From: Mobula hypostoma
Lineage: Eukaryota
Assembly (NCBI RefSeq): GCF_963921235.1
Contig: NC_086100.1
Span: 200,944,001 to 201,008,000 of the forward strand
DNA length: 64,000 nt
Reading direction: 5' to 3'
Position numbers and translations under genes: made by a program. Of this stretch, positions 38,075 to 50,020 are shown piece after piece (the stretch's first letter is position 1; each line of letters begins with the position of its first letter). The notes beneath the pieces were generated by a model. It had not been told where the DNA came from. It saw only the letters and a list, made by a program, of their open reading frames with translations, and did not search any database.

Positions 38075-38990
38075 CAGTATTGTTATCCGGATGATTATTA
38101 TGGATCATCTTATCTGTAACAATCAGTCAGTTGTCATATCATTTGTAGGACTGACTCTAGAACTGTGATTGTTTCTGCTACAGGATCCTATAACTTGTTG
38201 GATTGTTTTTGGCTTCTCGGCATTTTGTGTATTTATCACCTTGAATTTGTTGGTTTTTTATTATGTATTTTTGATCATATTTTTGTGTTAACCAGCTGGT
38301 CCTGTGTTGCTACAATGAACCCCTCTGTTTCTGGGAAGAGGTCTCCAACACTGAGCCAAGTGTTCAACTCTTTCTTGTCTTCCATGCAGGGCCATGCTCT
38401 TCCATTGGTTAACTTTTCCTTCTGTACTGTCAATTTCTTCATCTTTCTGGGTTGTGCTCCCACTTGATAAGAAGTGGTGTGAGCTTCTTAATAGAATTGC
38501 ATACGCTCATGTGGAGTGCTGAATCCTGTTTTTGCTGATAAAATACATCCTTACAGGTTTTATCTGACTGTTGTGTAATTCTTTTTTATGTCTGTTATTC
38601 CTTTTCCTCCTCCTTCTGTCCTAGCTAGTGTTAACCCAAGTGCCTTCAAGTGAACGTAGTGTTTTCTAAAATTTAAAATTTCGGTTCTCATTTTTCTTTG
38701 TAAATTTTCCAGATTGGTTTTGGACCAAGATATTACAGTATGTCAGAATAATATGTTAATATGGGTATAGCAAAAGCATTTATTGCTTTTGCTATATTTT
38801 TCCTATTGACCTCTGCTTTGCACATTTTCTGAAACTTTGAGTTAAATTCTATTGAAAGTTTTCCCTCTATCGCACTTTTTTCTTTGCTTGATAATATCCC
38901 ATATATTTCATATCCATCCATCCATTCTATTGTATCCTGCTGCTCTGTTTTGTATTCTAATAGCTCTTTTGCACCTTTCTTTATGTTTGT
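38075..38990 (-). mobile_element. R4/Dong-like (restriction-like endonuclease) non-LTR retrotransposon fragment
   Basis: KAINAFAIPILTY, WLSVGDLFPETEGFIVATQDQLVNT, then a Cys-knuckle remnant (KC...GSC) and an NNHPD-like PD motif. Confidence 0.65.
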
Positions 38991-39827
38991 AATATTATTA
39001 TCACCTGTTTATTTTTGTATTTGCACAGTTTGTCAGTATTTGTTTATGTAGCTTTTCATTGATTCTGTTATACTTCTTTATTCTACAAGAAATTGAATCT
39101 CAGGGTAGTATTTGGTGACATATGCATACTTTGATAATAAAATTCGCTTTGGACTTGAATGTTGTCAGCTGTCTTACTTCCTCTCCTTCTCTAACCCCAA
39201 ACTATTTACACATTTTCCCTTTGATCACTTCTCAGCTACATTGCCTAACTTACCCCTATGGCACACCACTAAGCCAGGGCCTCCAGTCCGAGAAATAACC
39301 TTCCACCGTTCCCCTCTGCTTTCTTCCATTAAGCTAATCGTGTATCCAATCATCCAGCTCTCCCTGGGTTCCATGTGGTCTAACCGCCAGGGCAAGCTGC
39401 CATGTGGAACACATCAAAGGCCACATGGGCCACCTACTCCCCTGCCCCCATCAACTTTCTTGGTCACACCACCAAAAAATTCAGTCAAGTTTGTGTAACC
39501 CTCTCACCTTAGGCTCGTAATGAGTTAGCTATTACTGCGAGTACAAGCTAACAGCAATTTAATTTAAAAAATGCATGGAAAGAACGTTGAAAAGTTAATT
39601 TCCATTGAAGGAACACATCTAGGGTAAATATGATACGGGTATACACAAACATAAAAGTTTAAATGTTCCTTCCAAGGAAAACAAAGGCAGTTACTGTACG
39701 AACACTGACACACTAATGCAAATGTACCATTTGCTGGGAAACAGTCATTTAACTCACACCAGTATAATCTTAAATTGAAATTGTATTGACAAAATATTTA
39801 AAACTATAATATATACACTAATATATA

Positions 39828-40070
39828 TATAGTGGCGGCTCGCCCATGCGGCAAGCGAACCGGCACGAGTCCGCAGCCAGCGGCAACCGAGGGGGCTCTG
39901 AGTGCGGGGCAGACCTCGGCCCAGAAGCCGACGTCACTTCCACCCTGCAAAGAGCGGAGGATGCTGGGAGCGGAACCTTAGCGTGCGCGGATTGAAACAG
40001 TAAAGAGTTCAACCAGACCCTGCTCAAATCAGTGTGTTGCTTTCACTCGTTGCGTATCAGCGCAACTACA
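39828..40070 (+). mobile_element. Solo LTR (243 bp)
   Basis: Termini TATAGT (from TGTAGT)...ACTACA; flanking ATATA repeats (39823-39827, 40071-40075); AGTAAA signal; CpG-rich in AT-rich context. Confidence 0.7.
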
Positions 40071-41549
40071 ATATACACATGCATACACAGACACACACAC
40101 ATATACAGTATATATATTCATCTCTATGGTGCAGGTAATTGTTGGAGCTCATTGTTGCGTAAACTATCCAGTTTGCTTCATTTCGTTTACTCGTGATACT
40201 GAAACGATTTTGCACTGAAGAACCTGTTCCAGGAAACAAATATTCACACAACGTCCAAGGAAAGGGCTTTCTCCAAGGTCATGTGGTAACTAACTAACTA
40301 GTACATTTTCCATGGGACCACTGTTTGCGTGAGGATTTTCCGACATCAATATCTGTCCTTCCAAGTGGGTCCTGTGAGTGTATCAGCACGTTCTTCTATC
40401 ACGTTTGTCATCCATTTCCATGTACTTTCTCTCCCCTCCCTCGATCCCGTGCCCCCCAGAGAAAAAAAATGGCTCCCCAGTCCTTTCTCCTGCACTTCCT
40501 CCAAATAAATGTTAACAAGACAAATCCTATTGGCTAATTCAACAAGCCAAACTTAATCAACTGAATTTTTATTTTAAACAGCAACAATAAAATTGCATAA
40601 TGTAATTAAAGGAAAACTTATTGCATTTTGAGAAAATCTGCAAAAACAAAATACCCACCAGCGTAACTGTATTAATAAAATAAGGCATGGTCTTAAACCA
40701 GGGTATCACATTATCTTCCACCCACAAAGCAGTGCTGACTATCTCCCTAATTGACCCATCTTTCCAGACGTACACTCTGTGTATTTTATCCCCCAGATTC
40801 ACCTCCAGTAACTTACCTACAGCAGGTATTAGACTTCATGATCTGTAGTGCCCAGGTTTTTCTTTGCCACCCTTGTAAATAAAGGCATAACATTCACCAC
40901 CCTCCGGTCCACTGACACCTCACCCATTGCTAACAACGATGGCAATATCTCAGCCGGGACTCTCACAGTTTGTGGTTTGGCCTCCCAAAGTGTTTGTGGA
41001 TATAACTGTTTTGCACCGCTTTATGTTCCAAGTTGTTATATGTACTCTTTCTCAATGTTCTGACCCTCATTGTTTCAAGTAGTCCCTGTCCTTGTTATCT
41101 GCATGGGAAAGGAATGCAGACTTCTCACAAACAAGAGAGTATCTGCAGGTGCTGGAAACCCAAAGCGACACTCACACAAAGTGCTGGAGGATCTCAGCAG
41201 GCCAAGCAGCATCTATGGAACAGATTAAACGGTTGACATTTGGGCTGAGGAAGGGTCTCAGCCTGAAATGTCAACAAACTTCTCACAGGACATCCATTAG
41301 TTCCTTCTCTTTTGTAAAGGTACTGAAGTGATTGTTCCTTAGCTCATTTCTGCAAGCTTCAAACGTACAGGAAGGTTATCCGTAAGATTAAAAGACAATG
41401 GAGAAAACTCACAGAGATGTTGCCAGGTTTTGAGGACCTGAGTTATAGGGATAGGTTGAACAGGTTAGGATTTTACTCCCGGAAGCGTAGGACAATGAGG
41501 GGAGATTTGATAAAGTATACAGCATCATGAAGGGTATAGATCGGGAGAT

Positions 41550-42865
41550 TGGGCGTGGTGGCGATTACCACTGGGTCAGTAATCCAGAGACCCAGTTATA
41601 CACTGACGACATGAGTTTGAATCCCACCATGGTGACATTGAATTCAATAAAAATATCTGATAACCATGAAACCCTGCCAATTGTCGTAAAAAGCCATCTG
41701 GTTCACTAATGTCCTTTAGGGGAGGAATCCTGCCGTCTATGTGTGAATCCAGACCTACAGCAATGTGGTTGACTCTTAAGTGCCCTCTGAAATGGCCTAG
41801 CAGCTAACTGCTAAAAAGCAAATAATAAGGACGGACAACCTAGGCACTGGAAACAACAACAGCAAAACCAGCCTTGTGGACGTTGCAAAGTCCTCCCTAC
41901 TAACATCTGGGGACTTGTGCTAAAGCTGGGAGAGCTGTCTCACAGAGTGACAGAATCAAACCTTACAGTTAACATTCCAGACTCCACCATCACCATTCCC
42001 GGGTATGTACTGTCTCACTGGCAGGACAGGCCTGGCAGAGGTGGTGGCACACTGGTATGCAGTGGGGAGGGAGTTGCCCTGGCAACTCTCAACTTCGACT
42101 CTGGACCCCATGAAGCCTCACGGCACCAGGTTAAACAGGGGCAAGGAAACCTCCTGCTGATCACCACGTACCGTCCACTCTCAGCTGATCAATCAGCACT
42201 TCTCCATGTTTGGAGGAGGCGTTGTGGGTGACAAAAGCACAGAATGTACTCTGGGTGAGGGACTGCAATGTCCATCACCAGGAGCGGCTGGGTATTACCA
42301 CCACAGACCGAGCTGGTCGGGTCCTAGTGGACTGGGACTACAGCAGATGCTGAGGGAACCAACAAGAGGGAAAAACACACTTGACCTCATTCTCACCAAC
42401 CTGCCTGCCGCGGAAGCATCTGTCCATGACAGCATCGGTAGAAGTGACCACTGCGCAGTATTTGTGGAGACTAAGTCCCGTCTCCACATTGAAGAAACCC
42501 TGCTCCACGTTGTGGGCTTTACCACCGTGCTAAATGAGACAGACTTTGAACAGATCTAGCACCCAAGACTGGGCATCTGTGAGGCCCTGTGGGCCATCAG
42601 CAGCAGCAGCAGAATTGTACTCAACTACAACCTGTAACCTCATGGCCCTGCATATCCCCCACTCCAACATTACCAGCAGGCAAGAGGATCAACCCTGGTT
42701 CGATGAAGAGTGCAGGAGGACATGTCGAGAACAATACCCGGCATACGTCAATATGAGGCGTCACCCTGGTGAAGCCACAATACAGAACTACTTGCATGCC
42801 AAACACCATAAGCTGCCAGAAATAGACAGAGCCAAGTGGTTCCACAACCAACGGATCAGATCTAA
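41550..42865 (+). mobile_element. LINE 5' fragment: tRNA-SINE-like head followed by APE endonuclease
   Basis: B-box-like GAGTTTGAATCCC at ~41613; then IPGYVLSHWQDRPGRGGG, LLITTYRP, EPTRGKNTLDLILTN, IGRSDH, QPWFDEECR. Confidence 0.7.
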
Positions 42866-43978
42866 ACCATCTAACCCTTCCCCCTTACACATGCACCTAG
42901 ATCCTCAGGCCCACGGCTATTTCATCAATTCATAGAATCATACAGTGGGTCTTTTCAGCCCATCTTGTCCCTGCTAACTTTGATGTCTGTCTACACTGAT
43001 CTCATCTGCCTTCATCAGGCAACTTTGTGAAAGCTTCTTACCTGGATTTAATGCAGTCGTTCACCTCTCCTGTCAGCCACAGACGAATCAACTTTCCTCT
43101 TGTGTTTTTGTACCTTAAAGTAATATAGGTGAAGCAAACGAAATTATGAGGGTTATAGATGGGCCAAAAGTAAGCAGGCTTTTTCCACTGAGGTTGGGTG
43201 GGACTACAGCTACAGGTCATGGGCTAAGGGTGAAAGGTGAAAAAATTTAAAGGGAACTTGAGAGGAAACTCTTCACTCACCGGTTGTGAGAGCGTGGAAC
43301 GAGCTGCTAGCACAAGTGGTGTATGTAAGCTCAATTTCAACATTTAAGAGAAGTTTGGATAGGTACATGGATGGTAAAGGTATGGAGGGCCATGGGAGTG
43401 GGCAGGGATTAAATGGTTTCAGCATAGACTAGATGGGCTGAAGGGCTCAATTTAGAAACAAAGAACATAGAAACATAGAAAAACTACAGCACAATACAGA
43501 CCCTTTGGCCCACAAAGCTGTGCCAAACATGTCCTTACCTTAGAACTACCTAGGGTTACCCATAGCCCTTTATTTTCCTAAGCTCCATGTAGCCATCCAG
43601 GAGTCTCTTAAAAGACCTATTGTTTCCGTCTCCACCACCATCGTTGGCAGCCCATTCCACGCACTCACCACCCTCTGCGTAAAAAAACTTACCCCTGACA
43701 TCTCCTCTGTATCTACTTCCAAGCATCTTAAAACTGTGCCCTCTTGTGTTAGTCATTTCAGCCCTGGGAAAAAGCCTCTGACTATCCACACGATCAATGC
43801 CTCTCATCATCTTGTACACCTCCATCAGGTCACCCCTCATCCTCCGTCACTCCAAGGAATCAGCCATCTCCTTGTCCCCCATTATTATTTCTTCAACCTC
43901 ATTTTCTAGCGGTCCTACATCCACTCTTACCTTACTTTTATTTTTTACATACTTAAAAAAGCTTTTATATTGTTTGCA

Positions 43979-44114
43979 ACACACATCAAAGTTGCTGGTG
44001 AACGCAGCAGGCCAGGCAGCATCTCTGGGAAGAGGTACAGTCGACGTTTCAGGCCGAGACCCTTCGTCTAGTCCTGACGAATTTCCAGCATCTGCAGAAT
44101 TCCTCGTGCTTACA
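43979..44114. mobile_element. 136-bp PLE-derived mini-insertion with TSD, inside a CR1 fragment
   Basis: Direct repeats TATATTGTTTGCA (43966-43978, 44115-44127); the body matches the termini of the PLEs at 3885 and 47150. Confidence 0.8.
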
Positions 44115-47100
44115 TATATTGTTTGCAGCTTGTTTTCATATTTCATCTTTTCCCTCCAAATGATTCTTTTGGTTGCTCTCTGTAGGGTTTTAAAAGCTTC
44201 CCAATCCTCTATCTTCCCACTAATTTTTGCTTTGTTGTATGCCCTTTCTCTTGCTTTTAATTAGCTTTGACTTCCCTTGTCAGCCGCGGTTCTACTATTT
44301 CGCCATTTGGGTATTTCTTTGTTTTTGGAATACATCTATCTTCACCTTCCTCAGAGCCATCGTTGCTCTGCTGTCACCTTTGCCAGCAGCTCCTTCCAAT
44401 TTACTTCACCCGACTTCCCTCTCATACCACTGTAATTTCCTTTACTCCACTGAAATACTGCTACATCAGACTTTGCTTTCTCCCTGTCAGATTTCAAGTT
44501 GAACTCACTCATATTGTGATCATTGCCTCCTAAGGGTCTTTTACCTTAAGCTCCCGAATCACCATTGGTTTATTACATAACCTTGCTGAAGGGTTTCGGC
44601 CCGAAACGTCGACTATACGTTTTTTCCATAGGTGCTGCCTGGCCTGCTGAGCTCCTCCAGCATTTTGTGGATGTGCGATTCATGCTCTGCTGTTAGGGAA
44701 TGAGACAAGGCAGGTGACAGGAGTTGTGCTGGTCTGGTCTGTGGGTTGAGATTCTAAATTGGAGAAAGGCAAATTTTGATAGTATCAGAAAGGATCGGGC
44801 AAGTGTGGATTGGAGCAGGCTGTTTTCTGGTCAAAGTGTACTTGTTAAGTGGAAGGTCTTGGAAAATGAAACTCTGAGAGTACAAAGCTTGTTTGTGTCT
44901 GTCCGAATAAAAGGCAAAGATAACAGGTTTAGGGAAGCATGGTTTTCAAGAGACACTGAGATCCTGGTTAAGGGAAAAAAAAGGGTGCAGAGCAGGTAAA
45001 GGCAGGAGGGAACAAATGAGGTAGTTATGGAGTAAGAGAATTGCAAGAGAACACTTAAGAAAGAAATTAGAAGGGCTAAAAAGAAGGCATGAGGTTGCCC
45101 TAGCAGACAAGGTAAAGGCAACTCCTAACCGAGTCTACAGATATGTTAAAGAGAAAAAGGATTGCAAGGGACAAGATTGATCTTCTGGAAGATCAGAATG
45201 GTAATCCATGTGAGGAATCAAAAGAGGTGGGGGAAGACCGTAAATGCATTTTTTGCATTTGGTTTTACTCGGGAGTCTATGGAAGTAAGGCAAAATGGCA
45301 TCAACTTCATGGACTCTATAATGATTACCGAGGAGGAGGTGTTTGCTGTCTTGAGGCAAATCAGGGTTGAAAAAATCCCCAGGGCCTGACAAGTGATCAC
45401 AATGCCATTAGATTCAAAATAAACACGGAAAAAGGTAGATCCATTCCGCAGAGAAAGGCAACCCTGGGTGAGGCAAATACAGAAATTGCAGGGGCCCTAA
45501 AAGAGATATTTAAATTATCCTTAATGATATTGATAATATAATGAAATTGTAAAAAAAAGTTGAAATTGTATAAGGCATTGGTAAGGCCAAATTTGGAGTA
45601 TTGTGTATAGTTCTGGTCACCGAATTATAGGAAAGATGTCAATAAAATTGAGAGAGTACAGAGGAGGTTTACAAAATGTTACCTGGGTTTCATCTCCTAA
45701 GTTACAGAGAAAGGTTGAACAAGTTAGTTCTTTATTCTTTGGAGCGTAGAAAGTTGAGGGGGGCTTGATAGGGGTGTTTAAAATTATGAGGGGGATTGAT
45801 AGAGTTGACGTGGATAGGCTTTTTCCATTGAGAATGGGGGAGATTCAAACAAGAGGACATGAGTTGAGAGTTAAGGGGCAAAAGTTTAGGGGTAACATGA
45901 GGGAGAACTTCTTTATTCAGAGAGTGGTAGGTGTGTGGAATGAACTTCCAGCAGAAGTAGTGAGACAGGTTCGATGTTGTCATTTAAAGTTAAATTGGTT
46001 AGCTACATGGACGGGAAAGGAATGGAGGGTTATGGGCTGAGTGCAGGTCGGTGGGTCTAGCTGAGAGTAAGACTTCGGCACAGACTAGAAGGGCCGAGAT
46101 GGCCTGTTTCCGTGCTGTAATTGTTATATGATATGTGAGGTACCGGAGGATTGGAGGATAGATAATATTGTTCTGCTGTTTAAGATAGGCTCTAAAAATA
46201 AACCAGGAAATTATAGGGCAGTAAGCCTAAAATCAGAAAAGGGAAAGTTTTTGGAAGGTACTCTAAGGAACTGGATATACTGTATGTGTAAGATAGTCAT
46301 GGACTGATTAAGGATAGTCAGAATGGCTTCGTGCGTGGTATGTCATGTCTAACCAACCTTAAAGAGTACTTTTGAGGAAGTTACCAGGAAAGTTGATGAA
46401 AGCAAGACAGTGGATGTTGTCTACATGGAGGCATTTGACAAAATTCCGCATGAGATGTTGGTCAAGAAGGTTCAGTCGCTCAGCATTCAAGATGAGGCAG
46501 TAAATTGGGTTGGACATTGGCTTTGTGGGAGAAACCAGAGAGTGGGAGTAGATGTTTGCCTCTCTGACTGGAGGCCTGTGACTAGTGGAGTGCCACAGGG
46601 ATCAGTGCTGGGTTGGTTATTGTTTGTCATCTATAACAATGATCTGTATGATAATGTGGTTAACTGGATCAGCAGGATTGGGCTGTAGCTGACAGTGAGG
46701 AAGATTATTAAATTTTACAGTGGAATCTGGACCAGCTGGAAAGATGGCAGATGGAATTTAATGCAGACAAATGTGAGGTGTTGCATTTCAGCAGAACCAT
46801 CCAGGGCAGATCTTACACTGAACGGTAGGACACTGAGGAGTGCGGAGGAACAAAGGGCACATAATTCATTGAAAGTCGGGTCACAGGTAGATAGGGTCAT
46901 CAATATTTATGGTTCTATTACTATTTATTATTTATGGTACAACTGTAATGAAAACCAATTTCCCCCGGGATAAATAAAGTATGACTATGACTATGACTAT
47001 AAAAAAGACTTTTGGCACATTGGCCTTCATAAATTAATGTATTGAGTACAGAAGATGGGATGTTATGTTGAAGTCATATAAGACATTGGTGAGGTCTAAT

Positions 47101-47149
47101 TTGGAGTACTGTGTGCAGTTTGAGTCACCAACCTACAGGAAGGATGTAA

Positions 47150-47890
47150 GCAACACACATCAAAGTTGCTGGTGAACGCAGCAGGCCAGGCAGCATCTCT
47201 AGGAAGAGGTACAGTTGACGTTTCAGGCCGAGACCCTTCGTCAGGACTAACTGAAGGAAGAGTTAGTAAGAGATTTGAAAGTGGGAGGGGGAGAGGGAGA
47301 TCCAAAATGATAGGAGAAGACAGGAGGGGGAAGGGATGGAGCCAAGAGCTGGACAGGTGATTGGCAAAAGGGATATGAGAGGATCATGGGACAGGAGGCC
47401 AAGGGAGAAAGAGAAGGGGGGGGAACCAGAGGATGGGCAAGGGGTATGGTGAGAGGGACAGAGGGAGAAAAAGGAGAGAGAGAAAAAGAATGTGTGTATA
47501 AAAATAAATAATGGATGGGGTACGAGGGGGAGGTGGGGCATTAGCGGAAGTTAGAGAAGTCAATGTTCATGCCATCAATTTGGAGGCTACCCAGACGGAA
47601 TATAAGGTGTTGTTCCTCCAGCCTGAGTGTGGCTTCATCTTTACAGTAGAGGAGGCCGTGGATAGACATGTCAGAATGGGAATGGGGCGTGGAATTAAAA
47701 TGTGGCCACTGGGAGATCCTGCTTTCTCCGGCAGACAGAGCGTAGGTGTTCAGTGAAACGGTCTCCCAGTCTGCGTTGGGTCTCGCCAATATATAGAAGG
47801 CCACATCAGGAGCACCGGACGCAGTATGTCACCCCAGCCGACCCACAGGTGAAGTGTCACCTCACCTGAGAGGACTGTCTGGGGCCCTGA
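47150..47890 (-). mobile_element. Penelope-like element 3' end (same young family as 3885-5330)
   Basis: Near-identical to 3885-4630; GIY-YIG C-terminus EEQHLIFRLGSLQIDGMNIDFSNFR. Confidence 0.9.
47213..47248 (-). ncRNA. Minimal hammerhead ribozyme motif (one stem I mismatch)
   Basis: Minus strand AGTC-CTGACGA-AGGgtctcggCCT-GAAAC-GTC^AACT. Confidence 0.65.
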
Positions 47891-48636
47891 AATAGGATTG
47901 TAAGAGGTCAGAGCAATTTTACAAGGCCGTTGCTGGAACTGAAGTACCTGAGTTATCAGGAAAGATTGAATAGATTTATTCCTTGTAACGTAGAAGATTC
48001 AGAGGAGACTTGATAGAGGCATACAAAATTATGAGGGGTATAGATGGGGTAAATGCAAGCAGGGTTTTTCCACTGAGGTTGGGTGAGACTACAACTCGAA
48101 ATCATAGGTTAAGGGTGAAAGGTGAAAAGTTTAAGGGAAACATGAGGGGAAACTTCTTCACTCAGACGGTCGTGAGAGTGTAGAATGATCTACCAGCACA
48201 AGTGGTGCAAGCAAGATTGATTTCAACACTTAAGCAAAGTTTGGATAGGTACATGGATGTTAGGGATATGGAGGGCTATGGTCCTATGGTGCATGTCGAA
48301 TGAGTAGGCAGTTTAAATGTTTCAGCAGGGACTAGATGGGCCGAAGGTCCTGTTTCTGTTTGTACTTTTCTATGACTGTGTTACTTTAAGTTGTCCTGTG
48401 ACTAGGCTTTGGTTAAACAAATGTGTTGCTGGGCGGCGGGGCTAGCTGGGCCAGAAAGGCTTGTTCTGCACGGAATCGACATAAATAAGCAAATGCAATT
48501 CTAAATGGTCAGATTTTACATGAGTGTTAGCACTGAGGTCACCGTTTCACCACTTGCACTGCACAGAACGTCAATGATGTGAACTCTGTGATGTTTTCTT
48601 CCTTAAAGGTCTTCAGCTTTCCCTTTGTATTTTAAG

Positions 48637-48749
48637 CAGCAGATCAATTACGCGTGGAGCGGCTTTTCAAGGAGCTGACGGATTACAGATTCATATTCCC
48701 ATATGTTATGTCCGGGAAGAGGAAGCGGAGTCTGGCAGCCTCAGTCCAG
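48637..48749 (+). CDS. Second coding exon, start of an ADAM-like prodomain
   Basis: Polypyrimidine tract CTTTCCCTTTGTATTTTAAG|, donor CAG|GTAATT, 113 nt. The phase 1 start matches exon 1 and it ends in phase 0. Peptide (A)ADQLRVERLFKELTDYRFIFPYVMSGKRKRSLAASVQ, with the Y-x-x-x-x-P...RxR pattern of ADAM prodomain starts. Confidence 0.7.
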
Positions 48750-48914
48750 GTAATTCATTGCCTGGGTTCCACAGTTGGACGGTGTGATCTCAGGCTGGGC
48801 ACTGCTCAGACCATAACATATAGGAAGAGAATTAGGCCACTTGGCCTATCGAGTCTGATCCTTCATTCCATCACGGATGATTATCCCTCTTGACCCCATT
48901 CTCCTGCCTTAAAT

Positions 48915-50020
48915 ACAGAAACATAGAAAACCTACAGCACAATACAGGCCCTTCGCTGTGCTGAACACGTCCTTACCTTAGAACTATCTCGGCTTTCCCA
49001 TAGCCCTCTATTTCTCTAAGCTCCATGTACCTGCCCAGGAGTCTCTTAAAAGACCCTATCGTATCCACCTCTACCACTGCTGCCGGCAGCCCATTCCAAG
49101 CACTCACCACTCTCTGCGTAAAAAACTTACCCCTGACATCTCCTTTGTACCTACTTCCAAGCACCTTAAAACTATGCCCTCTCGTGCTAGCTATTCCAGC
49201 CCTGGAAAAAAAAGCCTCTGGCAATCCACACGATCAATGCCTCTCATTATCTTGTACACCCCTATAAGGTCACCTCTCTTCCTCCATCGCTCCAAGGAAA
49301 AAAGGCCGAGTTCACTCAACCTATTCTCATAAGGCATGCTCCCCAATCCAGGCAACATCCTTGTAAATCTCCTCTGCACCCTTTCTATGGCTTCCACATC
49401 CTTCCTGCAGTGAGGTGACCAGAACTGAGCACAGTACTCCAAGTGGGGTCTGACCAGGGTCCTATATAGCTGCAACATTACCTCTCGGCTCCTAAACTCA
49501 GTGCTATGATTGATGAAGGCTAATACTCCGTATGCCTTCTTAACCACAGAGTCAACCTACTCCCCATAACTTTTCATGTCCTGACCAATCAGGAACCTAT
49601 CAACCTCCACTTTAAGTATATCCATTGACTTGGCCTCCACACCCATCTGATGCAGTGAATTCCACAAATCCACTACCCTCTTGCTAAAGAAATTCCTCCT
49701 CACCTCCATTCTAAATTTACATCCTTCTATTCTGAGGCCGTGCCCTCCGGACTCTCTCACCACAGGAAACATCCTCTCCACATTCACTCTGTCTAGGCCT
49801 CTCAATATTCAATAAATTTCAATGAGATCCCCCCTCATTCCTCTCAACTCCCATGAGTACAGCCACAGAACTGTCTAACGCTCCTAATACATTAACCCTT
49901 TCATTCCCGGAATCATTCCCACGAACCTCCTCTTGATCCTCTCCAATGTCAGCAGATCTGTTCTTCGATAAGGAACCCAAAATTTCTCACCATGCTTCAA
50001 GTGCAGTCTGACTAATGCCT
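48915..50020 (-). mobile_element. Two adjacent CR1 3' fragments
   Basis: LYRTLVRPHLEYCAQFWSPH...RGDLIGVYKIM and NFFSKRVVDLWNSL. Confidence 0.85.

Larger units (their letters stand above)
44690..48376 (+). mobile_element. CR1 LINE ORF2 fragment interrupted by a second CR1 3' end (~45545-46135), a Rex1 3' UTR (46903-47000) and a PLE
   Basis: Collinear CR1 motifs WRKANFD, KIPRA (KSPGPD), SGVPQGSVLG and the 3' tail TTCTATGACT, separated by the inserts. Confidence 0.8.
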
